From Patescibacteria group bacterium (lineage in GTDB: Bacteria > Patescibacteriota > Microgenomatia > UBA12405), in the NCBI GenBank assembly GCA_023380755.1, contig JAMCSD010000008.1, positions 24,592-88,591 on the forward strand: DNA of 64,000 nucleotides, read 5' to 3'. Position 1 is the first letter of the stretch, and each line of letters opens with the position of its first letter. A program made the position numbers and the translations under genes. Below the pieces are notes generated by a model that was given only the letters and a program-made list of their open reading frames with translations, was not told the DNA's origin and made no database searches. Shown here in pieces: positions 1 to 8,795 of this stretch.

Positions 1-1
1 A

Positions 2-1522
2 AGGGATAACCGGAAGTGTGTTGAATGTGGAAGCACTGAGGAATTAAACGTACATCATGTTTTGCCGGAAAAATATGGCGGGAAATACGTTCCCGATAAC
101 TTAATTACTTTGTGTCGAACCTGCCATTCAAGTAAGCATATTGAATATCAAACTGGTCTATTTGCCACCACTGTCTATAAAGTAGCTAATCTTTTCCGAA
201 GCATGCTTAAGCTTCCTCTGCTACGGGACTACAGTTACATCCTTTTTCTTTTGACTTCCCAAAAAACATTCCGGACCAAACAAAAAGAAATTATTGATGA
301 GGTGATGAAAGGGAGAGATGTCCTAGCAGTCATGCCAACCGGATCAGGAAAATCCATCTGCTTTCAAATTCCGGGGATATTATTGGAAAATCAAACTTTA
401 GTCATCACCCCTCTGAAAGCGTTAATGAAAGATCAAGTGGAAAGCTTATGGCAAAAAAGAATTCCGGCTACTTTCATTAATAGCGATTTAGATAAATCGG
501 AAAAAGAGCGGCGCCTCAACTTTATTTCTCAAAAATTGTTCCGTTTTATCTATGTGGCGCCGGAACAATTTTTTGATAAAGATTCAGACTACCAACTTAA
601 GTTAAAACATGCCCTGCTTGAAAATAAATATGATTTATTAGTGATTGATGAGGCCCATTGTGTTGATAAATGGGGAAGAAGTTTTCGTCCGTCCTATGCC
701 TTACTGAATAATTTACGTACAGCAATCGGAAACCCACGAACCATCGCTTTAACAGCTTCAGCCTCCAAGCGGGCTCAAAAAACTATAGTAGACTCTCTTG
801 GTTTAAAGAAGCCATCGGTTTATGTAACTGGATTTTTCCGCCCAGAAATTACTTTAGAGACGAAATTCTTTAGCGGCGGCAAAGAGGCCGTCATTGAGGA
901 AAAAATAAAACATATCACTCAGATAATTGGGCAAAATCCTGATCAAAAGATAATTATTTTCGTTCCGACGATCAAAATTGGCAACTTGCTTTGGAAAGGA
1001 TTAGTTAAAAATGACGTTAATACCGAGTTTTTTTCCAGTAAATCTCATATAGAAGATAAAATCAGAATGCAGGATGAGTATAAAGGAGTAATTAAATCTA
1101 AGCTGAAAGTGCTCATTTGCACATCGGCCTTTGGTATGGGGGTTAATATTCGCGACATTCGGATAGCAATTCACTGGAATTTAACTGAAAACATTGAAGA
1201 TTACTATCAACAAATGGGGCGGATTGGTCGCGACGGCTTAAAATCTCGCGCCATCTTGTTGTATGCTCCCGATGACGAAAGATTGATCCGGTACATTACG
1301 AATAAGGCCCTCGAGAATAATCCTAAAAAACTATCAATACAAGAAAAAAATACAATCAGAAAAATTGAGGAGCAAGAACTTCAAACCATACTGCAATACA
1401 TTAGGACTAATAATAAGTGGAGATTTATCTTAGATTATTTCGGTGAATATCTTGTCGTGAGTTGGATAAAAAGATTACTGAACAGTCGAATCTTCCGATT
1501 CTTCTTGAATAAGACAAGCTAG
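2..1522 (+). CDS. HNH endonuclease domain fused to RecQ-family SF2 DNA helicase (5-prime end cut by window edge)
   Basis: Frame is open back to base 2: RDNRKCVECGSTEELNVHHVLPEKYGGKYVPDNLITLCRTCHSSKH (CxxC..HH..N..CxxCH, HNH signature). Helicase motifs MPTGSGKS (I), VIDEAHC (DEAH, II), LTASA (III), QQMGRIGRDG (VI). Confidence 0.85.
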   Translation, partial: RDNRKCVECGSTEELNVHHVLPEKYGGKYVPDNLITLCRTCHSSKHIEYQTGLFATTVYKVANLFRSMLKLPLLRDYSYILFLLTSQKTFRTKQKEIIDEVMKGRDVLAVMPTGSGKSICFQIPGILLENQTLVITPLKALMKDQVESLWQKRIPATFINSDLDKSEKERRLNFISQKLFRFIYVAPEQFFDKDSDYQLKLKHALLENKYDLLVIDEAHCVDKWGRSFRPSYALLNNLRTAIGNPRTIALTASASKRAQKTIVDSLGLKKPSVYVTGFFRPEITLETKFFSGGKEAVIEEKIKHITQIIGQNPDQKIIIFVPTIKIGNLLWKGLVKNDVNTEFFSSKSHIEDKIRMQDEYKGVIKSKLKVLICTSAFGMGVNIRDIRIAIHWNLTENIEDYYQQMGRIGRDGLKSRAILLYAPDDERLIRYITNKALENNPKKLSIQEKNTIRKIEEQELQTILQYIRTNNKWRFILDYFGEYLVVSWIKRLLNSRIFRFFLNKTS

Positions 1523-1535
1523 GGAATTTACTGCG

Positions 1536-1760
1536 ATGGTATACTATCTCTATATGGGTACCAGTGAGCAAATAGGTAGAAAGGTTAAAGAAATTCGTGA
1601 AAAAGCGAATCTCACCCAAGCACAGGTAGCTGATAAGGCAGGTATTCATGTCAATTACTTCGCCCGTTTGGAACGAGGAGAAGTCAACCCTTCGGCTGAT
1701 ATTTTGGAAAAAATCGCTAAAGCGCTTAAAGTCGCCTCGTCAGATATATTACCCTTCTAG
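1536..1760 (+). CDS. XRE-family helix-turn-helix transcriptional regulator
   Basis: IGRKVKEIREKANLTQAQVADKAGIHVNYFARLERGEVNPSADILEKIAKAL is a canonical HTH_XRE pattern. Alternative start ATG 1554 lies 8 nt after TGgTATACT (1537-1545). Confidence 0.85.
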   Translation: MVYYLYMGTSEQIGRKVKEIREKANLTQAQVADKAGIHVNYFARLERGEVNPSADILEKIAKALKVASSDILPF

Positions 1761-1824
1761 ATAAGTACGCTTGTTTAAGTTTGGATAGTTGCTATTTTTC
1801 TCAGAAAATGTGTCAATTATAGTA

Positions 1825-2496
1825 ATGTCAAAATGGATTACTAAGCAAGATATTCTTGATTTAATCAAAGGAAAGCATTTTAAAACCGAAGATGAGTTTC
1901 GAGATTTTTTAGCTCCGCAATTAGTGAAGTTATTGGGCGTAAAAAGCAGCCAGATAGTAACAGAATCAGACACAACAAGCTTTGATTCAACCCTTTCTAA
2001 TCGGGCCGATATTGTAGTAAGAACCGATGATCAATTTCAAAAAGCCATTATCGTAATCGAATTAAAACTCAGAAACAGTATCGAGAAATATAAAAATGGT
2101 GATTATTTAGACGCAGACAAACAGTTACATAAGTATTGCCAAGACACTCGAGCTCCCTACGGAATCTTGCTAACCGACGACTTTTGCGCGATTTATAAAA
2201 ACAAATACTTCTCTTACAACCAGAAACCAAAACGAGAGAAAACTAATCGGATACCAAGCGTTGACCGGATTGAAGATACCATGGCTTTTTATGCGCTGCT
2301 TGATTTTCTGTTGTATAAAAAATCGATGAAATATTTATTAATAATGGTCATGGGCTTAGCTACTTGCGGACCTGTTTTTCATGCTGTAACTACTGCTTTT
2401 GGATGGACAGTTACATTAATTTCAGCGTTTATTATTGGGTTAGTAGCAACTGCAGTGCTGGTGGTCTTGGCTCTTGTTTTTAAGATTTTTGATTAA
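1825..2496 (+). CDS. PD-(D/E)xK / HsdR-N-like nuclease-fold protein with C-terminal double TM anchor
   Basis: ORF 1789-2496; ATG 1825 (MSKWITKQD) preferred. Core ADIVVRTDD...AIIVIELKLRN fits D-x(n)-E-x-K. The last ~55 aa are hydrophobic (LLIMVMGLATCGPVF..., ISAFIIGLVATAVLVVLALVF). Confidence 0.5.
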   Translation: MSKWITKQDILDLIKGKHFKTEDEFRDFLAPQLVKLLGVKSSQIVTESDTTSFDSTLSNRADIVVRTDDQFQKAIIVIELKLRNSIEKYKNGDYLDADKQLHKYCQDTRAPYGILLTDDFCAIYKNKYFSYNQKPKREKTNRIPSVDRIEDTMAFYALLDFLLYKKSMKYLLIMVMGLATCGPVFHAVTTAFGWTVTLISAFIIGLVATAVLVVLALVFKIFD

Positions 2497-2680
2497 ACCT
2501 TAATCTCCATCGAAATTCGTCGCTCAAAGAAGCTAAGTTTGGAAGTGGTTGATGATAATAATATAGATATTAAAGGGAAATATTGTAACTAACAGAATCA
2601 TATCTAGGTTATGATTTAAGATAACTTTGTTTATAGGATAGTAGATTTACTGGACAGGTAGTAAAATACCGATTATATAG

Positions 2681-5600
2681 GTGGAAACAGTGAATATCAA
2701 TACAATTAAAGAAAATATTGGCTTTTTATCGATACAGTGCACTAACAACACAATTATTTGTGGATTCTTGCTAATTTTTACAGTTTTGGCATCATTATCT
2801 TTATTTATTTTTACGGTTTTCGCTGTGAAGTTTCTTTTTAAAAAAATAGGTACCCTAAAAAATTATGTCGTTAGATATATGAATAGCTATGGAGACGACA
2901 AGCTATGGTTAGCTACCTTAAAAAGAATAGGAGGATGGAACTTTGGTAAAGTTTTATATTTTGAATATTTACAACAAAAGCTAATTTTTCCAATAAAACA
3001 AATATATTATCCATCAGCTGTTTCCCTAATATCAACGATTCTCGTTGCCGTAACAATCTTCTTTTTTCCTTTTGGTAATATTGATGGAAAAGAATATTCA
3101 ACTTATATAGAAAGTAATTATTATCAAAATTTTTTTACTATTCATGCAGGCATAGGAGCAATAATTTTGGCCTTTCTAATATTAGTTGCTGAATCATCTG
3201 ATCTGGGTAAAAATTACAACAAGGCTAGACTGATCCTAAAAGAAACCCTACTATTTCCTTTATCTGTCTTTGAGATATCAAGTCTTTTTCTTTTAATAAT
3301 TAGTCACAATACCTATGCAGGCTACTTAAGTATTCTAATTGTTGGATTATTAACTATATGGGCTATATGTAGCGTAATAAGATTATTTATAAACAGGTAC
3401 ATTTTTCTGGAAAAGGAAAAGGATCTTGTGAACGATATGTTTTCAAAACGGCTTGATCAGGCAGTAAAGGAACGTATAGCAACAAATACGTTGCTTGAAT
3501 ATTTTGAAAAATCGAAATATGCGATAGATTATTCATATTTTCGACCATCAAACGAAAACTATAAAGCATTATCTACAACAAAAAGAGGTTTATTGAGTGA
3601 TGTTCACCTTAAAAAACTTGAAAGGATATTGTCTGATATTGAGAGAGAAGCAAATTTACTTCATTTGAGCATAAGAAAGGAATCAAAAAAGGAAAAGAAG
3701 GCAGACAAACTATCAAAACTTGTAAACATTCAAGATAATACGTCCTTATCTTCTGTTGAACTGTCTGTTTTAAAACTTGTGGGAGGTAAGGTAACCGATG
3801 ATAGTAGCGAGATTATTTCAATACCTAAAAAACTGTATGAAAACGTAAAATTAAGAAAACGTATCCAAGAATCTTTAGGGTCCATATTTAAAATTACGTC
3901 TGAAGACTCTACCGAGAAGGAAATACGTCTTGAACTTGATGAAACAAAAGACAAAGCGTTCTCAGCAATTCGAGAATCAAAAGTTGGAGTGCTGGGCTCA
4001 GTAATGGAGGTATATGTAGGGCTTATAGGACAGTTTCTAAATACATTTCAAGCATATGGAGGTGGATATACATCTGAGGCGGCAAGAAAAGAGAGAAACT
4101 CTTTGTTCGGCGGATGGCCGTATGTAAGGTGGATAAGAGAAGATCTACATGACATAATTACGGAAGCAATTAGAAGTGAAAATGATAAGTTGGTACGGGA
4201 AGTTGCGCACATTCCGTCAAAAATAATGTATTTGGCCTATACCAAGAAAGATCATCTAATTTTTCAAGAATTTGCATCTTTTCAATCGATACTTTATTGG
4301 GAAACAAAAAATGTTAAGAACAAAGTTTTAAGAAAATTCCTTATTGATCGTACTTCGAGGTATCTAAAGGAGTTCGTAGATTACCCATTAGTGCGAGATA
4401 TTGAAAACACGGACATTTCTTTGGGCGACATAGCACAAATAAAAGACTTTGTTTTTGAAATATTGCAAAATTATAAGAACCTTTTCAAAATAGCTTTCGA
4501 TCGCAAGCATATTTATACTTTTGAGAAGTTTTTGATCAGTTCTCAGGAGATATTTAAGAGATTTGAACCATCAAAAGGTTATCGGCAGACTGATATAGAA
4601 TTACGGTTAAAAGTTCAAGGTATCTCAGACCAACAGAAGCAAGAACTGTCGTTGGAACTTGATAAATTGAAGTTGTTAACAGAAGTGGAAGAAGCAGTAA
4701 AACAAAAGAAAAGAGAGTTAATTTTTGGTATGTCAGCATGGTGTTTACATAAAATTGAGAAAACTGGTTTTAAGGAAGATGAATTGCTAAAAGTGTGGCA
4801 AATGTTATTTAAGTATTTACCTAAAGATTTCGATAGTGCATTTAAAACATATTTATCATCAAGCTCTCGTGATACTCAATCGTTTTGGGGTTGGGACTGG
4901 TGGGAGTTGGAAGAAAAACGAGGTAAAAGTGACGGAGTGTTGTCAACAACAATAGATATTGATGGGAAATTAAATACGTTATTTGCAATATTAATATTAA
5001 AGATTGCTAACGGAAAAACTGTAGATCAATTCAATGTATCAGGTTTAATTATTCCCAGGGACATAAGTTTTTATTTTGATGGTGAAAATTCAGCTGTAAT
5101 CTCAATAATTAACAAGATAATGTCCAATCAAGCAGAATGGAAGAATATTGTTTCTGCAGAGGAAATAAATGCAAACATTACTGTTAAACAAATATTAGCC
5201 ATTCTTGTTCAAAGATGGAAAGATGAAGAAAAAAATAGGTTGATAATGGCCCGTGTAGATCAAGGAAAAGTCCAGGAATTTATTAATAATTTTGTCGATG
5301 CTTATGATAGTGAAATTTGTTTAAGGAGATTGTTGTTAATTAATGGATCTATGTCGAAGACCTTATCTTTCACAAAAAGTAAGAGATATTGGGGTTTTAA
5401 TGAAATTCAAGACAAGGAACCTTTTTTAACTTTTGGGGATGTTGATTATGGAGACTGGGGTGAACATTACGGCAGAGGATTGGCAGAAAGTGAGGACAGT
5501 ATTATTTTCAAAAAAATCAGGTCAGGTTCCACTAGAGGTAATAAAAGTAATTCTATAACCGAGGCAGTAAACCAAGCGATTAATACACTAAATAGTAATG

Positions 5601-6115
5601 GATATAAACCAAAAATAATGTTTACTACTTTCCATTTAGGTGAATGGAGGCGAGCTACGTTTAATGAAACTGAGTTTGTGCCAGTATGGAAGGTGACAAA
5701 TAACGAGTATAGTAAAATACCTAACTTCATGGGAATATATAAGTTGAGAAGACGGCAGATACCAATATTTCGTATTTGGTTAAACGAGGGTAAAAAGGAG
5801 GTCCCAGAAGTAATTGTTACTGATCTTAAGAAACATATATTGCTGGATCAACATTATCCCTATTCTAATAAAACAGAACAATTAGATATGTTTCAAAAAG
5901 ATAATCTTGCCTTTAAAGTTATTGATCTATCTGATGATTTAAATAAGACTTATAGAAAGAAGCTGATAAAAGATAATCCAAATTGGTTAAGTAGCCAGAC
6001 AGATAAAGAGTCTTACCTTAAACAAAAAGTTGTTGTTCATATTAAAGAAAAGTTTAAATTAACTATCCTTGACCGGAAAGCGTCGATTAGGGTATCTATT
6101 CCGCATAATGATTAG
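2681..6115 (+). CDS. Large (1144 aa) hypothetical membrane-anchored protein, no recognisable domain
   Basis: Uninterrupted 3.4-kb ORF. About 5 hydrophobic helices in the first ~245 aa, then a K/E-rich soluble region. No Walker A, HExxH or nuclease motif seen by eye. Start (GTG 2681 or GTG 2690) uncertain. Confidence 0.75.
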   Translation: METVNINTIKENIGFLSIQCTNNTIICGFLLIFTVLASLSLFIFTVFAVKFLFKKIGTLKNYVVRYMNSYGDDKLWLATLKRIGGWNFGKVLYFEYLQQKLIFPIKQIYYPSAVSLISTILVAVTIFFFPFGNIDGKEYSTYIESNYYQNFFTIHAGIGAIILAFLILVAESSDLGKNYNKARLILKETLLFPLSVFEISSLFLLIISHNTYAGYLSILIVGLLTIWAICSVIRLFINRYIFLEKEKDLVNDMFSKRLDQAVKERIATNTLLEYFEKSKYAIDYSYFRPSNENYKALSTTKRGLLSDVHLKKLERILSDIEREANLLHLSIRKESKKEKKADKLSKLVNIQDNTSLSSVELSVLKLVGGKVTDDSSEIISIPKKLYENVKLRKRIQESLGSIFKITSEDSTEKEIRLELDETKDKAFSAIRESKVGVLGSVMEVYVGLIGQFLNTFQAYGGGYTSEAARKERNSLFGGWPYVRWIREDLHDIITEAIRSENDKLVREVAHIPSKIMYLAYTKKDHLIFQEFASFQSILYWETKNVKNKVLRKFLIDRTSRYLKEFVDYPLVRDIENTDISLGDIAQIKDFVFEILQNYKNLFKIAFDRKHIYTFEKFLISSQEIFKRFEPSKGYRQTDIELRLKVQGISDQQKQELSLELDKLKLLTEVEEAVKQKKRELIFGMSAWCLHKIEKTGFKEDELLKVWQMLFKYLPKDFDSAFKTYLSSSSRDTQSFWGWDWWELEEKRGKSDGVLSTTIDIDGKLNTLFAILILKIANGKTVDQFNVSGLIIPRDISFYFDGENSAVISIINKIMSNQAEWKNIVSAEEINANITVKQILAILVQRWKDEEKNRLIMARVDQGKVQEFINNFVDAYDSEICLRRLLLINGSMSKTLSFTKSKRYWGFNEIQDKEPFLTFGDVDYGDWGEHYGRGLAESEDSIIFKKIRSGSTRGNKSNSITEAVNQAINTLNSNGYKPKIMFTTFHLGEWRRATFNETEFVPVWKVTNNEYSKIPNFMGIYKLRRRQIPIFRIWLNEGKKEVPEVIVTDLKKHILLDQHYPYSNKTEQLDMFQKDNLAFKVIDLSDDLNKTYRKKLIKDNPNWLSSQTDKESYLKQKVVVHIKEKFKLTILDRKASIRVSIPHND

Positions 6116-6537
6116 ATTGAATTTATCGTAGCTAGGTAGTTTCCATCAGCCGATTAAAATGGGCCAGAATGTCCAAAAGGGGTTCATGTGAAAGGGCAGC
6201 GCCACGGCTAGATGGGATACCGAAATTGATAAACTTTTGTAAGTCCTGTTTCTTTAGTTCAAATAATTATTACTATCCTTGTGGGCAGAAGACCGCGAGG
6301 GTAAACTTTTATGAAGGGACTTCGTTTTTGCCTTTTCGGGATAAACGAGCATAAGTTTGTTAATCCAAGGCAGAAAAAGTTCGATAGAAAGTGCATTGGG
6401 GACACCAAAGGTGAGTCATGTTTGGGACTGTTATTAATAGTTTGGTGACACTGGGAAATGCAGTGGTTCGAAAAGGGTTCGACTCCCGATAGGCTGATCT
6501 GAAAAACAGATGGGGCTTTAGGCTTTATAATACTTAC

Positions 6538-7059
6538 ATGTGGGAAGATTTTTTATCAGATAACTATCCAAAGCCAACTGTCTTTACGGATACTGCACAA
6601 ATTTGTCTAAATGGGGATGTAATAAATGATTCAACAAATAGATCACCTCAGTTAAACAAGAAATTTTGCCCCAAGTGTGGTGAGCCAACTATTACCAAAT
6701 GTCCAGAATGTGGAAAAGAGATTGCTGGTGAAATTCATTATTCTAATGTTTTTGGAGCGCATTCTTTTAAGCGGCCGGCGTTTTGTATTGAATGTGGTAA
6801 ACCCTACCCTTGGACGATTAGAAAATTGAAGTCGGTAAAAGAACTAGCCTCTGAGATAGACGAGTTAACTCCAGAAGAGCACAAAACACTAGATAAAAGT
6901 ATTGATGAAATAACAAAAGACGATACACAAGCTCAAGTAGGAGCCATGCGAATTAAAAAAATAATGTCTAGAATTGGAAACGCTGCTAGTGAAATACTCC
7001 AAAAGACTATTGTTGATGTTGCGAGCGAAACTGCGAAAAAGGTTATTCTTGGAAGATAA
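6538..7059 (+). CDS. Zinc-ribbon protein (DUF2321-like by recollection)
   Basis: CPKCGEPTITKCPECG ... FCIECG cysteine pairs. TATAAT at 6526-6531 lies 6 nt before the ATG. Confidence 0.6.
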   Translation: MWEDFLSDNYPKPTVFTDTAQICLNGDVINDSTNRSPQLNKKFCPKCGEPTITKCPECGKEIAGEIHYSNVFGAHSFKRPAFCIECGKPYPWTIRKLKSVKELASEIDELTPEEHKTLDKSIDEITKDDTQAQVGAMRIKKIMSRIGNAASEILQKTIVDVASETAKKVILGR

Positions 7060-7189
7060 TATATGATTGATATGTGTGTTTCGATTTTTCTACTATATAG
7101 GTTTTTTTTTATAGGCTAGCTTCGTAGTTGGGATTTTATTACTCGAGGGAGTGCTATAATCGGTTGTTTTCTCAATAATTACATGTTTT

Positions 7190-7969
7190 ATGAAAAAAGT
7201 TAAAATTACATTCGGGTATTTATATCTTCCACTTATATTTATTGCTACTGGTCTTATATTAAATTATTTTGATAATCAGCTAAAAATTCCATTTATTCGA
7301 GGATTTGTAAATTCAAATTTATTGAACCCTCTTATTACAGTTTTAGTTGGTTCAATTGCGTATGTTTTATATAAAAAGCAAAAAGATGATTATAAAACTG
7401 ATGCTGCTAATGTAATTTTACTTGAAATTGAAAACGCAGAAAAAATGTTGAAAAAGGCATCGGAAAGTTTAGCAATTGGTACTACCAAACTGCATATAGT
7501 TCCTGAAAAGAATTTTGTTATGCAAACTGAAAGTTGGAGCAAATATAGATATCTTTTTGTAAGAGATTTTACCCAAACTGAATGGGATGCAGTTTCTGAT
7601 TTTTACAATAAATGTCATTTATTTGATCAAGCAATTATGGACAATGATTCATATTTAGAAAAAGATATGGACCTAATAAGGGAAAATGCCCACAAATATA
7701 TAGCTAAATTTATTAGTAATTCCGCAATCGAACTTGCATCTGCAAATAATGAAGATACAAACATGAAACAACAAAAAATTGAGAAAATAATGAAGAGTTT
7801 GAAGGAAGTAAGAATTCGTTTTAATGAGTTATACATTGATTCTGAAGATAAATTTCTTTATTCACCTCGCAAAGCGCAAAATGATGCTATTTTTTATATA
7901 GAAAATTTAAATTCTGATTTATCACTAACTACCGTAGGAAAAAAGTTACGAGAATTAGCCGGGTTGTAG
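7190..7969 (+). CDS. Hypothetical membrane protein (2 N-terminal TM helices, helical C-terminal domain)
   Basis: ORF of 259 aa. Hydrophobic segments ITFGYLYLPLIFIATGLILNYF and LLNPLITVLVGSIAYVLY. No known motif. Confidence 0.55.
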   Translation: MKKVKITFGYLYLPLIFIATGLILNYFDNQLKIPFIRGFVNSNLLNPLITVLVGSIAYVLYKKQKDDYKTDAANVILLEIENAEKMLKKASESLAIGTTKLHIVPEKNFVMQTESWSKYRYLFVRDFTQTEWDAVSDFYNKCHLFDQAIMDNDSYLEKDMDLIRENAHKYIAKFISNSAIELASANNEDTNMKQQKIEKIMKSLKEVRIRFNELYIDSEDKFLYSPRKAQNDAIFYIENLNSDLSLTTVGKKLRELAGL

Positions 7970-8095
7970 TTTTTGTTTAGATTTAATAGGTTTCAAAATT
8001 CATTATTGGGTTCTTCAAAGGCGACTCGCAACCGTTCCAACCAAGCTAAAGTCTGTCCGAACTGTTGAACTGAAGGCACACTTTTTGTTGACAAG

Positions 8096-8698
8096 CTATT
8101 GCTTGGGCAGCTGGTCGGGAGCGTATTTGCTAAAATCGGATCCCTGAGGGAGGGTTTGGAACAGCTTTTGCAGCTCAGCCGGATCGGCAAACTTGACATT
8201 AGACGGGAGAGCAAGATCGGCAGGCGAAAGAGTAGCAGGCGAACAATGGTAATCATATTTGGCATTAACGTCGACGGAGGAAGATGGACCGGCAGGAGCA
8301 GAAGAAGTCGGAGCCGGGGTAAGAGAAGTATCGAAATCTTGCGGTAATTTCATTTTGATGCCGCTTTCGGGGGCGTTATCCGACCAGGAATATAAAAAAG
8401 TACCATCACTGATCGCATAGACATTTTGGGTACCTTGGGCGTTAGTAACTTTAGAAGATTCCTTGAATTTTTTGCCCTGGATCAAGAGTTCACCAGTAGT
8501 TTTTTCATTATTGTCGTTTGATTCCCAAGTACATTTTTGAGCCACACCCGAGGCCAAGAGATCCTTAAGGGACTGGGCTAAGGGCTTGGCAGTGGGAGCC
8601 GGAGAATTGGAAGAAGAGGGGGTGGTAGAGGTAGTTGGTAGTGAACAAGCCGAAAGTAAAAAGGCGGAAACAAGGAGGAGGCCAAGTGAAGTTTTCAT
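8096..8698 (-). CDS. Secreted lipoprotein, hypothetical
   Basis: MKTSLGLLLVSAFLLSAC lipobox. Start moved to the internal ATG at 8698. S/T/P-rich linkers. Confidence 0.65.
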   Translation of the reverse strand: MKTSLGLLLVSAFLLSACSLPTTSTTPSSSNSPAPTAKPLAQSLKDLLASGVAQKCTWESNDNNEKTTGELLIQGKKFKESSKVTNAQGTQNVYAISDGTFLYSWSDNAPESGIKMKLPQDFDTSLTPAPTSSAPAGPSSSVDVNAKYDYHCSPATLSPADLALPSNVKFADPAELQKLFQTLPQGSDFSKYAPDQLPKQ

Positions 8699-8795
8699 CA
8701 GATGGTTAACTAATATTATAATCATTGTAGCAAGATTAAAACGAGAGGGAAAACTATTGCTTTTGAAAGTGAATGGTAGCTATAATGATGTTAAA

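Noticed and set aside
6380-6500. Possible complete tRNA or tmRNA ending at the GGGTTCGACTCCC element
   Set aside because: No 7-bp acceptor pairing partner is present, the T-stem has only 3 clean base pairs, and there is no tmRNA-like GGGG...CCACCA termini or tag ORF. Kept only as a fragment-like observation.
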